Shown: positions 26,161 through 35,532 of the stretch, one piece after another
Numbering within the stretch: the first letter of the stretch is position 1
How the letters are laid out: the number at the start of each line of letters is the position of its first letter
From: Candidatus Omnitrophota bacterium
GTDB taxonomy: Bacteria; Omnitrophota; Gorgyraeia; Zapsychrales; Fredricksoniimonadaceae
Assembly: GCA_903901225.1 (NCBI GenBank)
Contig: CAIUQE010000034.1
Span: forward strand, 17,391 to 81,390
DNA length: 64,000 nucleotides
Direction: 5' to 3'
Made by a program: the position numbers and the translations under genes
Notes under the pieces: model-generated
Told to the model about the DNA's origin: nothing
Seen by the model: the letters and a program-made list of their open reading frames with translations, nothing else
The model's database searches: none

Positions 26161-26410
26161 TATAGTCCTTGATCCATCTGCCGCTAAAGAATACCAAAAG
26201 ATCTTCAGATCCAACCACGTCATCGGCATCGCCATCCGGCAATCCATCGAGAAACTTGCTACATCCCCCTTTGAGGGTAAGCCGTTGGCCGGCAATAAAA
26301 AAGGCTGTTTCTCCCTGCGCAAGGGCGATTATCGCGTAATCTATGAAATTCATCTTCCGCATACCATCCACATCATCCAGATAGGCCATCGCAAGGACGT
26401 CTACCGTTAA
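26150..26410 (+). CDS. type II toxin, RelE/ParE family
   Basis: 86 aa from the internal Met MPFDIVLDPSAAKEYQKI, with a C-terminus ...YRVIYEIHLPHTIHIIQIGHRKDVYR typical of ParE/RelE. The ORF track extends it upstream to 26078. Confidence 0.7.
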   Translation: MPFDIVLDPSAAKEYQKIFRSNHVIGIAIRQSIEKLATSPFEGKPLAGNKKGCFSLRKGDYRVIYEIHLPHTIHIIQIGHRKDVYR

Positions 26411-26507
26411 ATCGCGCCTCTTGCGACAACATGCTCGCATCAAATACCCTCTATAATTAATTTATAGACGAAGTATTTACTATAAAACTGAATAAATCAA
26501 GAGGAGG

Positions 26508-27854
26508 TCAAAACTGGGTGCGGTACTTGAGAAAAACGCGGTCGTCCGGAGTTGGGCGGGCTGATGTCGATGGCTCTGTACCCTGTTGCAAGGGGAGGAT
26601 CTCTTTCTGCGCGCCGAGCGTGACCTTGTCCGTCACCCGGTATTCACCCTCCAACGTCTGCGTCAGCGCGCGCTGATGCGCCTCATCCGGAGTGTTGGCC
26701 ACAGCCACGCCATAACCAACATCGAGTTTGTCAGAAAGATCCCTGTTAAAGGTCACACCCTGTTTCGTCTGATCAAGCTTGTAAGATATGCCGGAAAATC
26801 CGAAAAATCCGGCCACCCGTGACCCCGCCCCGCCAAAAAAGAAATAGTCGATGAAATCACCGGCCAGCTCGGGCGTCATCTTGCGGCCTCCCGCGGAAAC
26901 CCCCGCGAGGTTCCACTTCTTTCCCGTCGTCAGCATCAGCAAAAGCTGCTCTTCGGGCAAAGGGGGATCGGATACAAGGCGCACATCCGGCTTCGAGCGC
27001 GTGCCTTTGGCGGAAATATCAATATGAACGCGCGCGACCGTCGCTGTCGCGTGGACATCAAGCTCAGGATTTGCCGGATCACCGGAAAAGGTCAGCCGGC
27101 TTTCACCCAGGTGCAGAAGGGCACGCGGCGCCTGCAATATCCCGCCGTGGATATCCAGTGTACCGTACGTTCCCCACAACCCGCTCGTACGCGAAAAGTA
27201 CAGCGCACAACTGACAGGCGCGTCACGCAATAGAAACCCGCCCTTGGGAATATGCCCGACCACGAACACACCCGCGAGCTCTGGTTTCTCCAACGTCCCG
27301 GTCAATTGCAGATCAAGGCTCTTCAATTCTCCTTTTAACGGCGGAGGGTTCCTGAAATGCCGGATGACCTTCCGCAGGACGTCAAGATCAAGGCTGGAAG
27401 AATAAATTTCCGCGTGATAACGCCCCCGACTCAACCTGCCGTTGAGGACCACGGGATCGGCTCCCGGAGCAAGGATACGGGCATTGTCGAGCATGACATC
27501 AAGGCCGTTGAACGCCGCCCGCGCCAGGCTCACGTCCAGTTCCTGCACGCGCACGATACTTCCCGCCGGAAGGAATGACGGCGCGATAGCCTGCAGATTG
27601 AAGATCCGCACCCCGCGCCATAAGGAGCCCTCGCAACGTTCATAGGCCATCTGCTCCGGGCCTAAAAAATACGTTGATGCCGCGCGCAGTGAAACCCTGG
27701 CACCCTGGGGCATAACGAGGAAGAAGGCGACAGCCCCGGCGAGCACGACGAAAGCAACAAGCAACGTGAGCAGCGTGAACCCGATGAGCCGGAACACGAA
27801 GGGCCTGGCCACGTCAGCGCCTGATCTTTCCCAGGAGCCGCAAAAGGCCGTCAA
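26508..27854 (-). CDS. TamB/AsmA-like protein (DUF490-type C-terminal domain) with an N-terminal TM anchor
   Basis: N-terminal hydrophobic anchor. C-terminal LVSDPPLPEEQLLLMLTTGKKW motif, characteristic of the TamB DUF490 domain. At 448 aa it is much shorter than canonical TamB. Confidence 0.5.
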   Translation of the reverse strand: MTAFCGSWERSGADVARPFVFRLIGFTLLTLLVAFVVLAGAVAFFLVMPQGARVSLRAASTYFLGPEQMAYERCEGSLWRGVRIFNLQAIAPSFLPAGSIVRVQELDVSLARAAFNGLDVMLDNARILAPGADPVVLNGRLSRGRYHAEIYSSSLDLDVLRKVIRHFRNPPPLKGELKSLDLQLTGTLEKPELAGVFVVGHIPKGGFLLRDAPVSCALYFSRTSGLWGTYGTLDIHGGILQAPRALLHLGESRLTFSGDPANPELDVHATATVARVHIDISAKGTRSKPDVRLVSDPPLPEEQLLLMLTTGKKWNLAGVSAGGRKMTPELAGDFIDYFFFGGAGSRVAGFFGFSGISYKLDQTKQGVTFNRDLSDKLDVGYGVAVANTPDEAHQRALTQTLEGEYRVTDKVTLGAQKEILPLQQGTEPSTSARPTPDDRVFLKYRTQF

Positions 27855-28476
27855 GGATGGTCAACGGGTGCGGCGGGCATCCCGGGATATAAAGGTCAAC
27901 GGGGATGAGCGCGCCGGCTCCCGTCGAAGCTTGAGGGCCGTCGGCGAATAATCCGCCCGCGATCGCGCACGTCCCCACCGCGATAACGATCTTCGGCTCA
28001 GGCATGGCGGCGTAGGTCCGCACGAGGGCGTCGTGCATGTTGCGCGGGACTGGCCCCGTCACCACAAGGCCGTCGGCATGTCGGGGGGAGGCCACGAACT
28101 GGATACCAAAACGGCTCAGGTCAAACACTACGGTATTAAGGACATTAAGATCAAGTTCGCAGGCATTGCATCCGCCCGCGGAAACCTGGCGCAATTTGAT
28201 GGAACGACCGAACACCCGCAGCATTTCCGCGTTCAACGCGCGGGCCAGCTTTTGCCCGTCCTCACCCGCAACAAGGTCACCGCGCGTGGATGCGGCCATG
28301 CGAAAGTCCCCGGCATACGCCACCCCGTCATCGGGCGCGAACGTTACGGCCCCGGCATCCACTCCGGCGGCCAGGGGCCTGCCGCGATATCGTGGCGGCA
28401 GCACAGGCGCTATACCTTTGGGGAACGCCAGGGTGCGCGCGCGTTGCCTCAACCGTGTCATGATGATCTTCAGCAT
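27814..28476 (-). CDS. NuoB / hydrogenase small-subunit-like protein (HyfI/HycG family)
   Basis: GGCNACELD, GTCAIAGG and PGCPPHP cysteine motifs, giving four Cys for one [4Fe-4S] cluster. Confidence 0.8.
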   Translation of the reverse strand: MLKIIMTRLRQRARTLAFPKGIAPVLPPRYRGRPLAAGVDAGAVTFAPDDGVAYAGDFRMAASTRGDLVAGEDGQKLARALNAEMLRVFGRSIKLRQVSAGGCNACELDLNVLNTVVFDLSRFGIQFVASPRHADGLVVTGPVPRNMHDALVRTYAAMPEPKIVIAVGTCAIAGGLFADGPQASTGAGALIPVDLYIPGCPPHPLTILDGLLRLLGKIRR

Positions 28477-28488
28477 ATCAATCCCGCC

Positions 28489-30000
28489 TCACAGGTCATG
28501 CCCGCAGTAGGACAAATTAAAGCTCTTGTTGCACAACGGAAAATCCGAGATCTCCCCGCCGCGCATCGCCAGGGCCAGCGCGTGCCAGTTATGGAACGAC
28601 GGGTCCTTGACCTTGTACCTGGTAAAAACCCCCCGATCGTCGGTGATCCCGGCATGCATGATCTCGCCGCGCCAGCCTTCGACCAGCGACAATGCCAGCA
28701 TCCCGGGCTGCATGGGACCCGGCGGGACAAATATCCCGCCCTTGGGCAAGGTCGGCAATACCTTGAGCAGGAAATCCAAAGAACGCAAAGCCTCCTGTTT
28801 CTTCACCAAAGCGCGCGCGTGCACATCGCCCGTGGCGCTCACCGAAAGGGGGATGTGATGGAACTGCCACATCCCGGAAGCATAGTTGATGCGAACGTCG
28901 CGCTCGAGATGGCTGGCGCGGGCCGCGGGACCGACAACGCCGAATTTCTTCGCGTCGTCCATGGACAGCACGCCGACCCCCTCAAAACGCGCGAGCACCG
29001 ACGGCCTGGAAAATAGCAGCTCACTCACGTCCTCGAATTCACGGCGACACTGCTTCAGTTTCCGGCAAAAGTCATCGGCCATGGCCGGCTCAATATCAAA
29101 CACAACACCACCCGGCCGGCACAACCCCTTGCCGAAACGATTGCCGGTCAAGGCCAGCAAAAAGTTGAGGTAATCGCCACGCATGCGGCCAAAATACGCG
29201 CTCGTCGGAAGGAAGCCCGTGTCCATCCCCATGGCGCCAAGGTCGCCGGTATGATTCGCCAGGCGCTCCAATTCAAGCGCCACCGCGCGGATAGCCTGCG
29301 CTCTCGGCGGGATCACGCAACCGGCCAAAGATTCCACCACTTCGCAGAACGCCGTTGAATGCCCCAGGGCCGTGTCGCCCGCGATGGCTTCGCTTAAAAA
29401 CGCTCCTCGCTGAACATCAACACCGCGCAGCATGGGTTCAATGCCGCGGTGCTGGTAGCCGAGCTGGATCTCCAGATGAAGTATTTCTTCCCCGTGGCAC
29501 TGGAAACGGAAATGCCCCGGCTCGATGATGCCCGCGTGAACAGGCCCGACGCCGACTTCATGGACTTCGTCGCCGCCCACCGCGTAAAAAGGATACACGC
29601 CGGGGATCACCTGGCGGGATATGTCAGGCCAGATATCCGCGGCACCGCGGTAATTGGAATGGTAGCGCAAGGGCTTGGGCCACGGATGCCCGTCTGGCAC
29701 GACCGCCCATTGCTCCGCGATCTCACGCTCAAAAGCATGGGCCTGCACAAGATCCTTGGCCAGGCTTTCATAACGGGGGCTGTCCGCCGGAAGCCGCGTC
29801 GAAAAGACTTCCAGCGACGCCTCCTCGTCAAAACCAATGACCGCGTAAAGGCGCACGCTCCCGTCATCCAGCCGGTCGCCGAAAAGGTTGACCAGCCGCC
29901 CCTCGCCGTTACAGGCATCGATGACCCGCGCGCGAAATTCCCCCGCGAGAAGTTCCGGGACATTTTTCAGCGACGCGCGCCCGCCATTGAATAATTCCAT
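28489..30000 (-). CDS. fused NuoC/NuoD-like subunit (group-4 hydrogenase large-subunit homolog lacking the NiFe-binding cysteines)
   Basis: GPVHAGIIEPGHFRF signature. The N-terminal CxxC position reads AGDTALGHSTAF and the C-terminal DPCxxC position reads DPSFHNWHA, so there are no Ni-Fe ligands. Confidence 0.75.
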   Translation of the reverse strand: MELFNGGRASLKNVPELLAGEFRARVIDACNGEGRLVNLFGDRLDDGSVRLYAVIGFDEEASLEVFSTRLPADSPRYESLAKDLVQAHAFEREIAEQWAVVPDGHPWPKPLRYHSNYRGAADIWPDISRQVIPGVYPFYAVGGDEVHEVGVGPVHAGIIEPGHFRFQCHGEEILHLEIQLGYQHRGIEPMLRGVDVQRGAFLSEAIAGDTALGHSTAFCEVVESLAGCVIPPRAQAIRAVALELERLANHTGDLGAMGMDTGFLPTSAYFGRMRGDYLNFLLALTGNRFGKGLCRPGGVVFDIEPAMADDFCRKLKQCRREFEDVSELLFSRPSVLARFEGVGVLSMDDAKKFGVVGPAARASHLERDVRINYASGMWQFHHIPLSVSATGDVHARALVKKQEALRSLDFLLKVLPTLPKGGIFVPPGPMQPGMLALSLVEGWRGEIMHAGITDDRGVFTRYKVKDPSFHNWHALALAMRGGEISDFPLCNKSFNLSYCGHDL

Positions 30001-30001
30001 A

Positions 30002-31414
30002 TCAGGCCCCCACCAAGGCCGCCGCCGCGCGGATGACCCGCTCCAGCGGCACCGGCAGCCATACGCCCAGGACGAACAAACCCGCCGCCCCCAGCCCGAT
30101 CGCCGTGTTCATAAAAATATTTTCTTTCTTCTCCAGGACGGGCGCCGACGCTTCCCCCTGCGCCGCCTCGAGGATGATCCGCCCGATACCGACGAACACC
30201 AGCGCCAGGCAGGCGACCACCACTACGGCAAGGACATAATGTTTTGACGTGATCGCGGCGTTGAGGATCATGAGCTCGCTGTGGAACGTGGCAAACGGGA
30301 ACATGCCGGTACCCGCCAGGAACCCCACGATCAGGAACACGCCCGTCACGGGGTAAACATGGAGCACGCCCCGCACATCACCGACGCGCGCGGAGCCGTA
30401 TTTCTGGGCGATCGACCCGGCCGTAAAGAACATGATGACTTTCGCCAGGGCATTATTGATCATGTGGAACAAGGCGCCGAAAACTCCCGCCCCGCCGAGG
30501 CCAAGCCCCAGGACCAGAAGCCCCATGTGCTCGATGGACGAATAAGCGAACGCCCGCTTGATGTTCTTTTCGCCGAGGACGAACAAGGCGGGAACAATGA
30601 GCGACAGGACCGCCGAAAGGATCAGGATCGACCCGTAAAATTCCGTGAGGCCTGTTTTATGGCAGATCTGGCTGACACGCAGGAGCGCCAGGAACGCGCA
30701 CTGGGTGAGCGCGCCGGCCATCACGACCACCACCATCCCCGTGGCCTGGCCGTAGGCCTCGGGCTTCCAGCTGTGCGTCGGGGCCAGCCCCATCTTGCAG
30801 CCATAACCGACGAACAGGAAGATGACGCTCAGCTTGAGCCAGTTGACCAGAAGCAGCGGCGCGCCGTTCAATAACGATGGCAACAGGAGCGTGTGGACAT
30901 CGTGCGCGGCGATCGCGAGGAAGAATGTCCCCAGCAGCGCCAGGGCGATGCCGACCGAACAGATCAGCAAATATTTCCAGGTCGCCTCAAGGCTCTGGGG
31001 CGTGCGGTGAAAACTGATGAGCGGCGCGCTCAGCAATGTCGTCGTCTCGACGGAAACCCATAACAGGCCCATGTGGTAACTCATGGCCACAACGCTCATG
31101 GCCGATAATACGAACAGCAGGCAGGCCATGAAGTTCCTGTTGTTCCTTTGTTCATGTTCAAAATACCCGATCATGTAGACCGCCAGGCTCAGGAAAAGGA
31201 ACGTGTCGATCGACAGCATGATCAGCCCCAGCGGGTCGAGCACCAGAGCGCCGTCGAATTGCGCGGCGGGCAGCTGTCGCCAGCACGACGCCACGAGGCC
31301 CGCGTGGACCAGGGCCACGGCCAGGAAAAGGAAGCAGCGCGCCGCGTTCTTCAGCGGCAGGAACGCGAGCAGGGCTCCCGTGAACGGGACAAAGATGAGC
31401 GCCGGCAGTATCAT
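30002..31414 (-). CDS. NuoN/HyfF-like proton-conducting antiporter subunit
   Basis: About 14 TM helices in the Mrp/complex-I antiporter family. Confidence 0.7.
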   Translation of the reverse strand: MILPALIFVPFTGALLAFLPLKNAARCFLFLAVALVHAGLVASCWRQLPAAQFDGALVLDPLGLIMLSIDTFLFLSLAVYMIGYFEHEQRNNRNFMACLLFVLSAMSVVAMSYHMGLLWVSVETTTLLSAPLISFHRTPQSLEATWKYLLICSVGIALALLGTFFLAIAAHDVHTLLLPSLLNGAPLLLVNWLKLSVIFLFVGYGCKMGLAPTHSWKPEAYGQATGMVVVVMAGALTQCAFLALLRVSQICHKTGLTEFYGSILILSAVLSLIVPALFVLGEKNIKRAFAYSSIEHMGLLVLGLGLGGAGVFGALFHMINNALAKVIMFFTAGSIAQKYGSARVGDVRGVLHVYPVTGVFLIVGFLAGTGMFPFATFHSELMILNAAITSKHYVLAVVVVACLALVFVGIGRIILEAAQGEASAPVLEKKENIFMNTAIGLGAAGLFVLGVWLPVPLERVIRAAAALVGA

Positions 31415-32079
31415 CCGCTTTCCCCCATCTTGCCGCGGTTCGATCCCGGTGAACGCTCGAAAGCCTCATTGATGTGATTGACAACGATGGCCATGATGAA
31501 CACGGCCACAAAGATATCCAGCAGGATGCCCATTTCCATAATGACAGGCATGGCATCGAACAAGGAAAGCCCGAAAAGGAATATCCCGTTCTCCATCATG
31601 AGGTACCCCAGCACCTGGGCCACGGCCAGCGTGCGGGTCACCATGATCATGAACCCCAACAGCACCGTCGCGAGTGAACACGGCAGGATCAGGTCGGACA
31701 AAGGCTTGCCCGGCAATTTCAGGGACAAGGACACCCAAAAGGCCCCCGCGATCAGCAGCGCGCCGAAGATCAGCGAAGCGCCGACCCCGATGATCGGCTT
31801 GATCTCGGAACGCATGGACACCCGGCGTATGGCCCAGAACAGGATATACGGGACAAGCCCCGCCTTGAGCACCAGCGTCCCGAGCGCCAGGGTGATATCA
31901 CGCCCGCTCAGGTCATGCGCGTGCAGGAAGAAAGGCACAAAACCCAGGACAAAAGCCTGGGCCGCGAAAAGCTGGATCACCCCGATCAGCCGGTGCGTCG
32001 CCAGCATCGCCAGGGCGAAGAAAACGATAAGAATGCAACTTGCGTCGATCCATGCTGTCATCTTGGCTACATCCTCCAC
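31411..32079 (-). CDS. HyfE-like membrane subunit (duplicated NuoK-like)
   Basis: 222 aa and 6-7 TM helices, similar in size and topology to hydrogenase-4 component E. Confidence 0.6.
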   Translation of the reverse strand: MEDVAKMTAWIDASCILIVFFALAMLATHRLIGVIQLFAAQAFVLGFVPFFLHAHDLSGRDITLALGTLVLKAGLVPYILFWAIRRVSMRSEIKPIIGVGASLIFGALLIAGAFWVSLSLKLPGKPLSDLILPCSLATVLLGFMIMVTRTLAVAQVLGYLMMENGIFLFGLSLFDAMPVIMEMGILLDIFVAVFIMAIVVNHINEAFERSPGSNRGKMGESG

Positions 32080-32993
32080 AAACCCACAATGAACGCGAAA
32101 AAGGCCAGAACGAACGCGATCAGCAAAAAGTTCCTCACGCGGTTAAGCCGCAAACGCGCCATCACCGATTCGACGACCCCCACCAGGACCGCCATCCCCG
32201 TCACCCCGCCCAGAAAAATGCCCATATCCACCGGAGGATATCCCGTCCGGAAAGGAATGACCAGCGGGACCAAAATAGCCGCGAACAGCAAAAGCTTCAC
32301 GGCCGCGCCATAGAGCATATACGCCAAATCAATGCCGCTGTGCTCGAGGATCATCACCTCATGGATCATCGTCAGTTCCAGGTGCGTGTCCGGATCGTCA
32401 ACAGGGATACGGCAGTTCTCCGCCAGGAGCACGATGAACAAGCTCGCCGCCACAAGCAGGAGCGCGGGCCCCGCGTGCTCCCACGACAAAGGCGCGTCAA
32501 CACCGATCATGCCGGACAACGAAAAGCCGTGCGCCAATAACGCCAGCGTGATGAAATTCATGAACAAGGCCAACTCGCCCAGGCACGCGAAAAAAGCCTC
32601 ACGGCTGGCCCCCATGCCTTCCATGGAAAAACCAGTATCCAGGGCGGCCGTGATCATGAAGAACCGGGCCAGGCCGAGCATGGCCGCCAGCCACAGGATG
32701 TCGCCCGTGAACGCCGCCGGGGCCCTGGATATGCCCAACGGCACCAGCAGCGACAACGCCAGCATCGCGGCGAACACGACCAGCGGCGCGGCGCGGAACA
32801 CCCATGTGGTCGTGCGGCTGTAGACGGAATTCTTGAAGAAAAGCCGCCTCAGGTCAAAGAACGGCTGCAGCAGCGACGGACCGGTCCTCCCGGCGAAACG
32901 TGCCTTGACCCTGGCGATCACGCCAACGAATAAAGGCGCCAGGACCAGGACCAGCAGCCCGTGCGAACAAACGTCGAATACCATCATCAGCAT
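32067..32993 (-). CDS. NuoH / HycD / HyfC-like membrane subunit
   Basis: 308 aa, with the NuoH-family N-terminus LAPLFVGVIARVKARFAGRTGPSLLQPFFDL. Confidence 0.75.
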   Translation of the reverse strand: MLMMVFDVCSHGLLVLVLAPLFVGVIARVKARFAGRTGPSLLQPFFDLRRLFFKNSVYSRTTTWVFRAAPLVVFAAMLALSLLVPLGISRAPAAFTGDILWLAAMLGLARFFMITAALDTGFSMEGMGASREAFFACLGELALFMNFITLALLAHGFSLSGMIGVDAPLSWEHAGPALLLVAASLFIVLLAENCRIPVDDPDTHLELTMIHEVMILEHSGIDLAYMLYGAAVKLLLFAAILVPLVIPFRTGYPPVDMGIFLGGVTGMAVLVGVVESVMARLRLNRVRNFLLIAFVLAFFAFIVGLWRM

Positions 32994-33000
32994 AAAAGTT

Positions 33001-34827
33001 TCATTTCAATTTCCAGACCAAAAGGACGAGCAGGAATACAAAAATATACATCAGATACGTCTGCGTGTAACGGATGCGGTTGATATCGATCCGCCGCGAA
33101 AGGCTTGTCAGTCGCCTGAACAAAGGATAAAAGAGCATGCTTTCCGACGCGTCATGGACCGAAGAATGCAGGTCGGCCTTTCCCGGAAAATCAGCCGCTA
33201 TCGATGGAGCCTGGCGCCGGAACAAAAGGACGCCTTTGGCGAATTCCATGACCGGCCTGGCGAAGGAGGAAGCGGTATACTGGAACCGCGGCGCGACGCC
33301 TGTTCCGCCTGAAAACCCACAGTTCCACGTCGGGACCAGTGCCATCGGGCGCAGGCCCGACAACGCCAGCCGCCGCAGGGCTGCCAGCACAAAGGCCAGG
33401 ACCAGAAATATAGCCGCCATGCCCGTGACCATGGCCAGCGGCGCCAGGACATTTTCAACCCCCGAAGGCAGAGCACGCGCGATGTACGCGCCCGCGGCCA
33501 GCGTCAAGCGCACCCAGGGTTGCGGCAGCACCCCGATCACAAGGCACAACCCCGCGAGGACCATCATCGGCACGATCATCCAGACCGACACCTCGTGCAC
33601 GCGTTCCGGCGCCGGAAGGGACCTCGGCTCTCCGAGAAAAACAGTCCCGTAAACTTTTGTGAAACACGCCAGCGCGAGCGCCCCCATCAAAGCCAGCGCC
33701 AGGATCGCCAGGCCGCAAACAACAGCCCCCGGCAACGGCAGATGGCCCAGCCCGTGAAAAAGCCCGAAAAAAATAATGAATTCACTGACGAAGCCGTTGA
33801 ACAACGGCAACCCGCAAATGGAAACAGCCCCTACGAGGAAAAGGGCGGCCGTGACGGGCATGTTTTTTGCCATCCCGCCCAGGCGGTCCAAAGCGCCCGT
33901 ATGGGCCTTCTGGATAACGGCGCCCGCGCCGAAGAACAAAAGCCCCTTGAAGATCGAATGGTTCACGACGTGCAGGAGCGCCCCGCCAAAACCCAACATC
34001 GTCAGGAGCGGATCATGATAACTGCGTCCCAAAAGCCCGCTGCCCAGCCCCAGCGCGATGATGCCGATATTTTCAATGCTGTGATACGCCAGGAGTTTTT
34101 TGAGTTCATGCTGCCCCAGCGCGTAGAGAACACCCATGACCCCGGAAACCACCCCTGTCAGTACGAGCACATACCCGCACCACTCCGGAAGGCCGCCCGT
34201 CATCCATATCACGCGGCAGATCCCGTAAATGCCCGTCTTGATCGCGACGCCGGACAGGAGAGCCGACACGTGCGACGGCGCCGCCGGATGCGCGTGCGGC
34301 AGCCAGATATGGCCCGGGATGAACCCGGCCTTGACCCCGAAGCCGACCATGGCCAGAAGAAAGACCGTTCCCGCGATAACGGGCGGGAACTGCGCCCGCG
34401 CGATCATGTCAAAATCCATGGACCCCGCCGTATGAGCCATCAGCAGGAACATCAGAAAAAGGCAGAACGTGCCCCCATGCGCCATGACCAGGTAAAGGAA
34501 CCCCGCCTTGCGCGCCGCGGGATCCTCGTCGTTAAAAACGATCAGTAAATAGGTCGCGATCGACATGATCTCCCACGCGCCCAAAAACAGCACCACATTG
34601 CTGGCCGTGGCGATGACCACCAGCACCAGGGCCAGTACGATATAAAAGAAAATATGCGGCCCCAGCGGCTTTTTCCCGGCGTAAGCGCGCATGTACCCCG
34701 CGCCATAGATCCCCGCGCACACCACGAGTAGCGTGATCGCCACAAGGAACACCGCGCTCAACAGGTCGATCCTGAAAGTGAACGCGCCGAAAGGTACCTG
34801 CCAGGCCGACTGGAATAGGGTCCCCAT
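33001..34827 (-). CDS. NuoL / HyfB / HycC-like proton-pumping membrane subunit
   Basis: 608 aa with antiporter-family motifs (e.g. WLPHAHPAAPSHVSALLSGVAIKTGIYG). Confidence 0.8.
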   Translation of the reverse strand: MGTLFQSAWQVPFGAFTFRIDLLSAVFLVAITLLVVCAGIYGAGYMRAYAGKKPLGPHIFFYIVLALVLVVIATASNVVLFLGAWEIMSIATYLLIVFNDEDPAARKAGFLYLVMAHGGTFCLFLMFLLMAHTAGSMDFDMIARAQFPPVIAGTVFLLAMVGFGVKAGFIPGHIWLPHAHPAAPSHVSALLSGVAIKTGIYGICRVIWMTGGLPEWCGYVLVLTGVVSGVMGVLYALGQHELKKLLAYHSIENIGIIALGLGSGLLGRSYHDPLLTMLGFGGALLHVVNHSIFKGLLFFGAGAVIQKAHTGALDRLGGMAKNMPVTAALFLVGAVSICGLPLFNGFVSEFIIFFGLFHGLGHLPLPGAVVCGLAILALALMGALALACFTKVYGTVFLGEPRSLPAPERVHEVSVWMIVPMMVLAGLCLVIGVLPQPWVRLTLAAGAYIARALPSGVENVLAPLAMVTGMAAIFLVLAFVLAALRRLALSGLRPMALVPTWNCGFSGGTGVAPRFQYTASSFARPVMEFAKGVLLFRRQAPSIAADFPGKADLHSSVHDASESMLFYPLFRRLTSLSRRIDINRIRYTQTYLMYIFVFLLVLLVWKLK

Positions 34828-35529
34828 TTAACCGGCCCCCGAGGTTTTGGCTTCCGCCACCTGGAAAATCGCCAGGATCTCCTCGCGGGCCACCGACAAA
34901 GGCGCCGTCCGGCTTTTCGCCAGGACAGCCCTTACAGCGTCATCCTGAAGGCAGAACGCCAGCCGGGATAACAGCGACAGATGGCCTTTGAACGAGGAAG
35001 AAAGGATCATGAAAAGCGTATGGACCGGCTGGCCATCCACAGCGGAAAAATCAACGGAATTCTCCAGGAAGAACAAGCCCACCACCGGCTCGACACCGGC
35101 CAGAACGACCGGATGCTTCACGTGCGGGATGGCGATCCCGTCTCCCAGGCCTGTCGTGCCGACCTGTTCACGGGAGAGGAGCATTTCTTTCAACGGCGCT
35201 TTCTGGATGTGCGCGGGCAAAGGAAGAAGGTCGAGCGCGTTGCCCAGGACCTCCTCGCTGGAGGCCCCTTTCAAGCCAAAATGGACACCGCCACGCGCGA
35301 GCGCCGGCGTGATGACATCCTGCCCCTGGCGCGCCCTTTCACAAAGTTTGAGCGCTCCGGGCGTGAGCGCCACCCGTTCCTTCAGCGCCCATTCCAGCAC
35401 CTCGACGGAATTGAAATAATACTGGTCATTGGCCTTGACTGCGGGCATACCCCAGACGTTAAGCCACTGGTAAAGCGTCTTTTCCTTGACCTCGAACGCG
35501 TCCTCGATATCGCGGAATGTCAATTGCAT
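34828..35529 (-). CDS. excisionase-type HTH (HTH_17) fused to a PTS EIIA-type-2 (PtsN-like) domain; putative regulator
   Basis: N-terminal EKTLYQWLNVWGMPAVKANDQYYF is an HTH_17-type motif. The C-terminal domain contains GDGIAIPHVKHP, matching the conserved His of EIIA-Ntr/Fru. The stop directly abuts the start of the NuoL-like gene. Confidence 0.6.
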   Translation of the reverse strand: MQLTFRDIEDAFEVKEKTLYQWLNVWGMPAVKANDQYYFNSVEVLEWALKERVALTPGALKLCERARQGQDVITPALARGGVHFGLKGASSEEVLGNALDLLPLPAHIQKAPLKEMLLSREQVGTTGLGDGIAIPHVKHPVVLAGVEPVVGLFFLENSVDFSAVDGQPVHTLFMILSSSFKGHLSLLSRLAFCLQDDAVRAVLAKSRTAPLSVAREEILAIFQVAEAKTSGAG

Positions 35530-35532
35530 GCG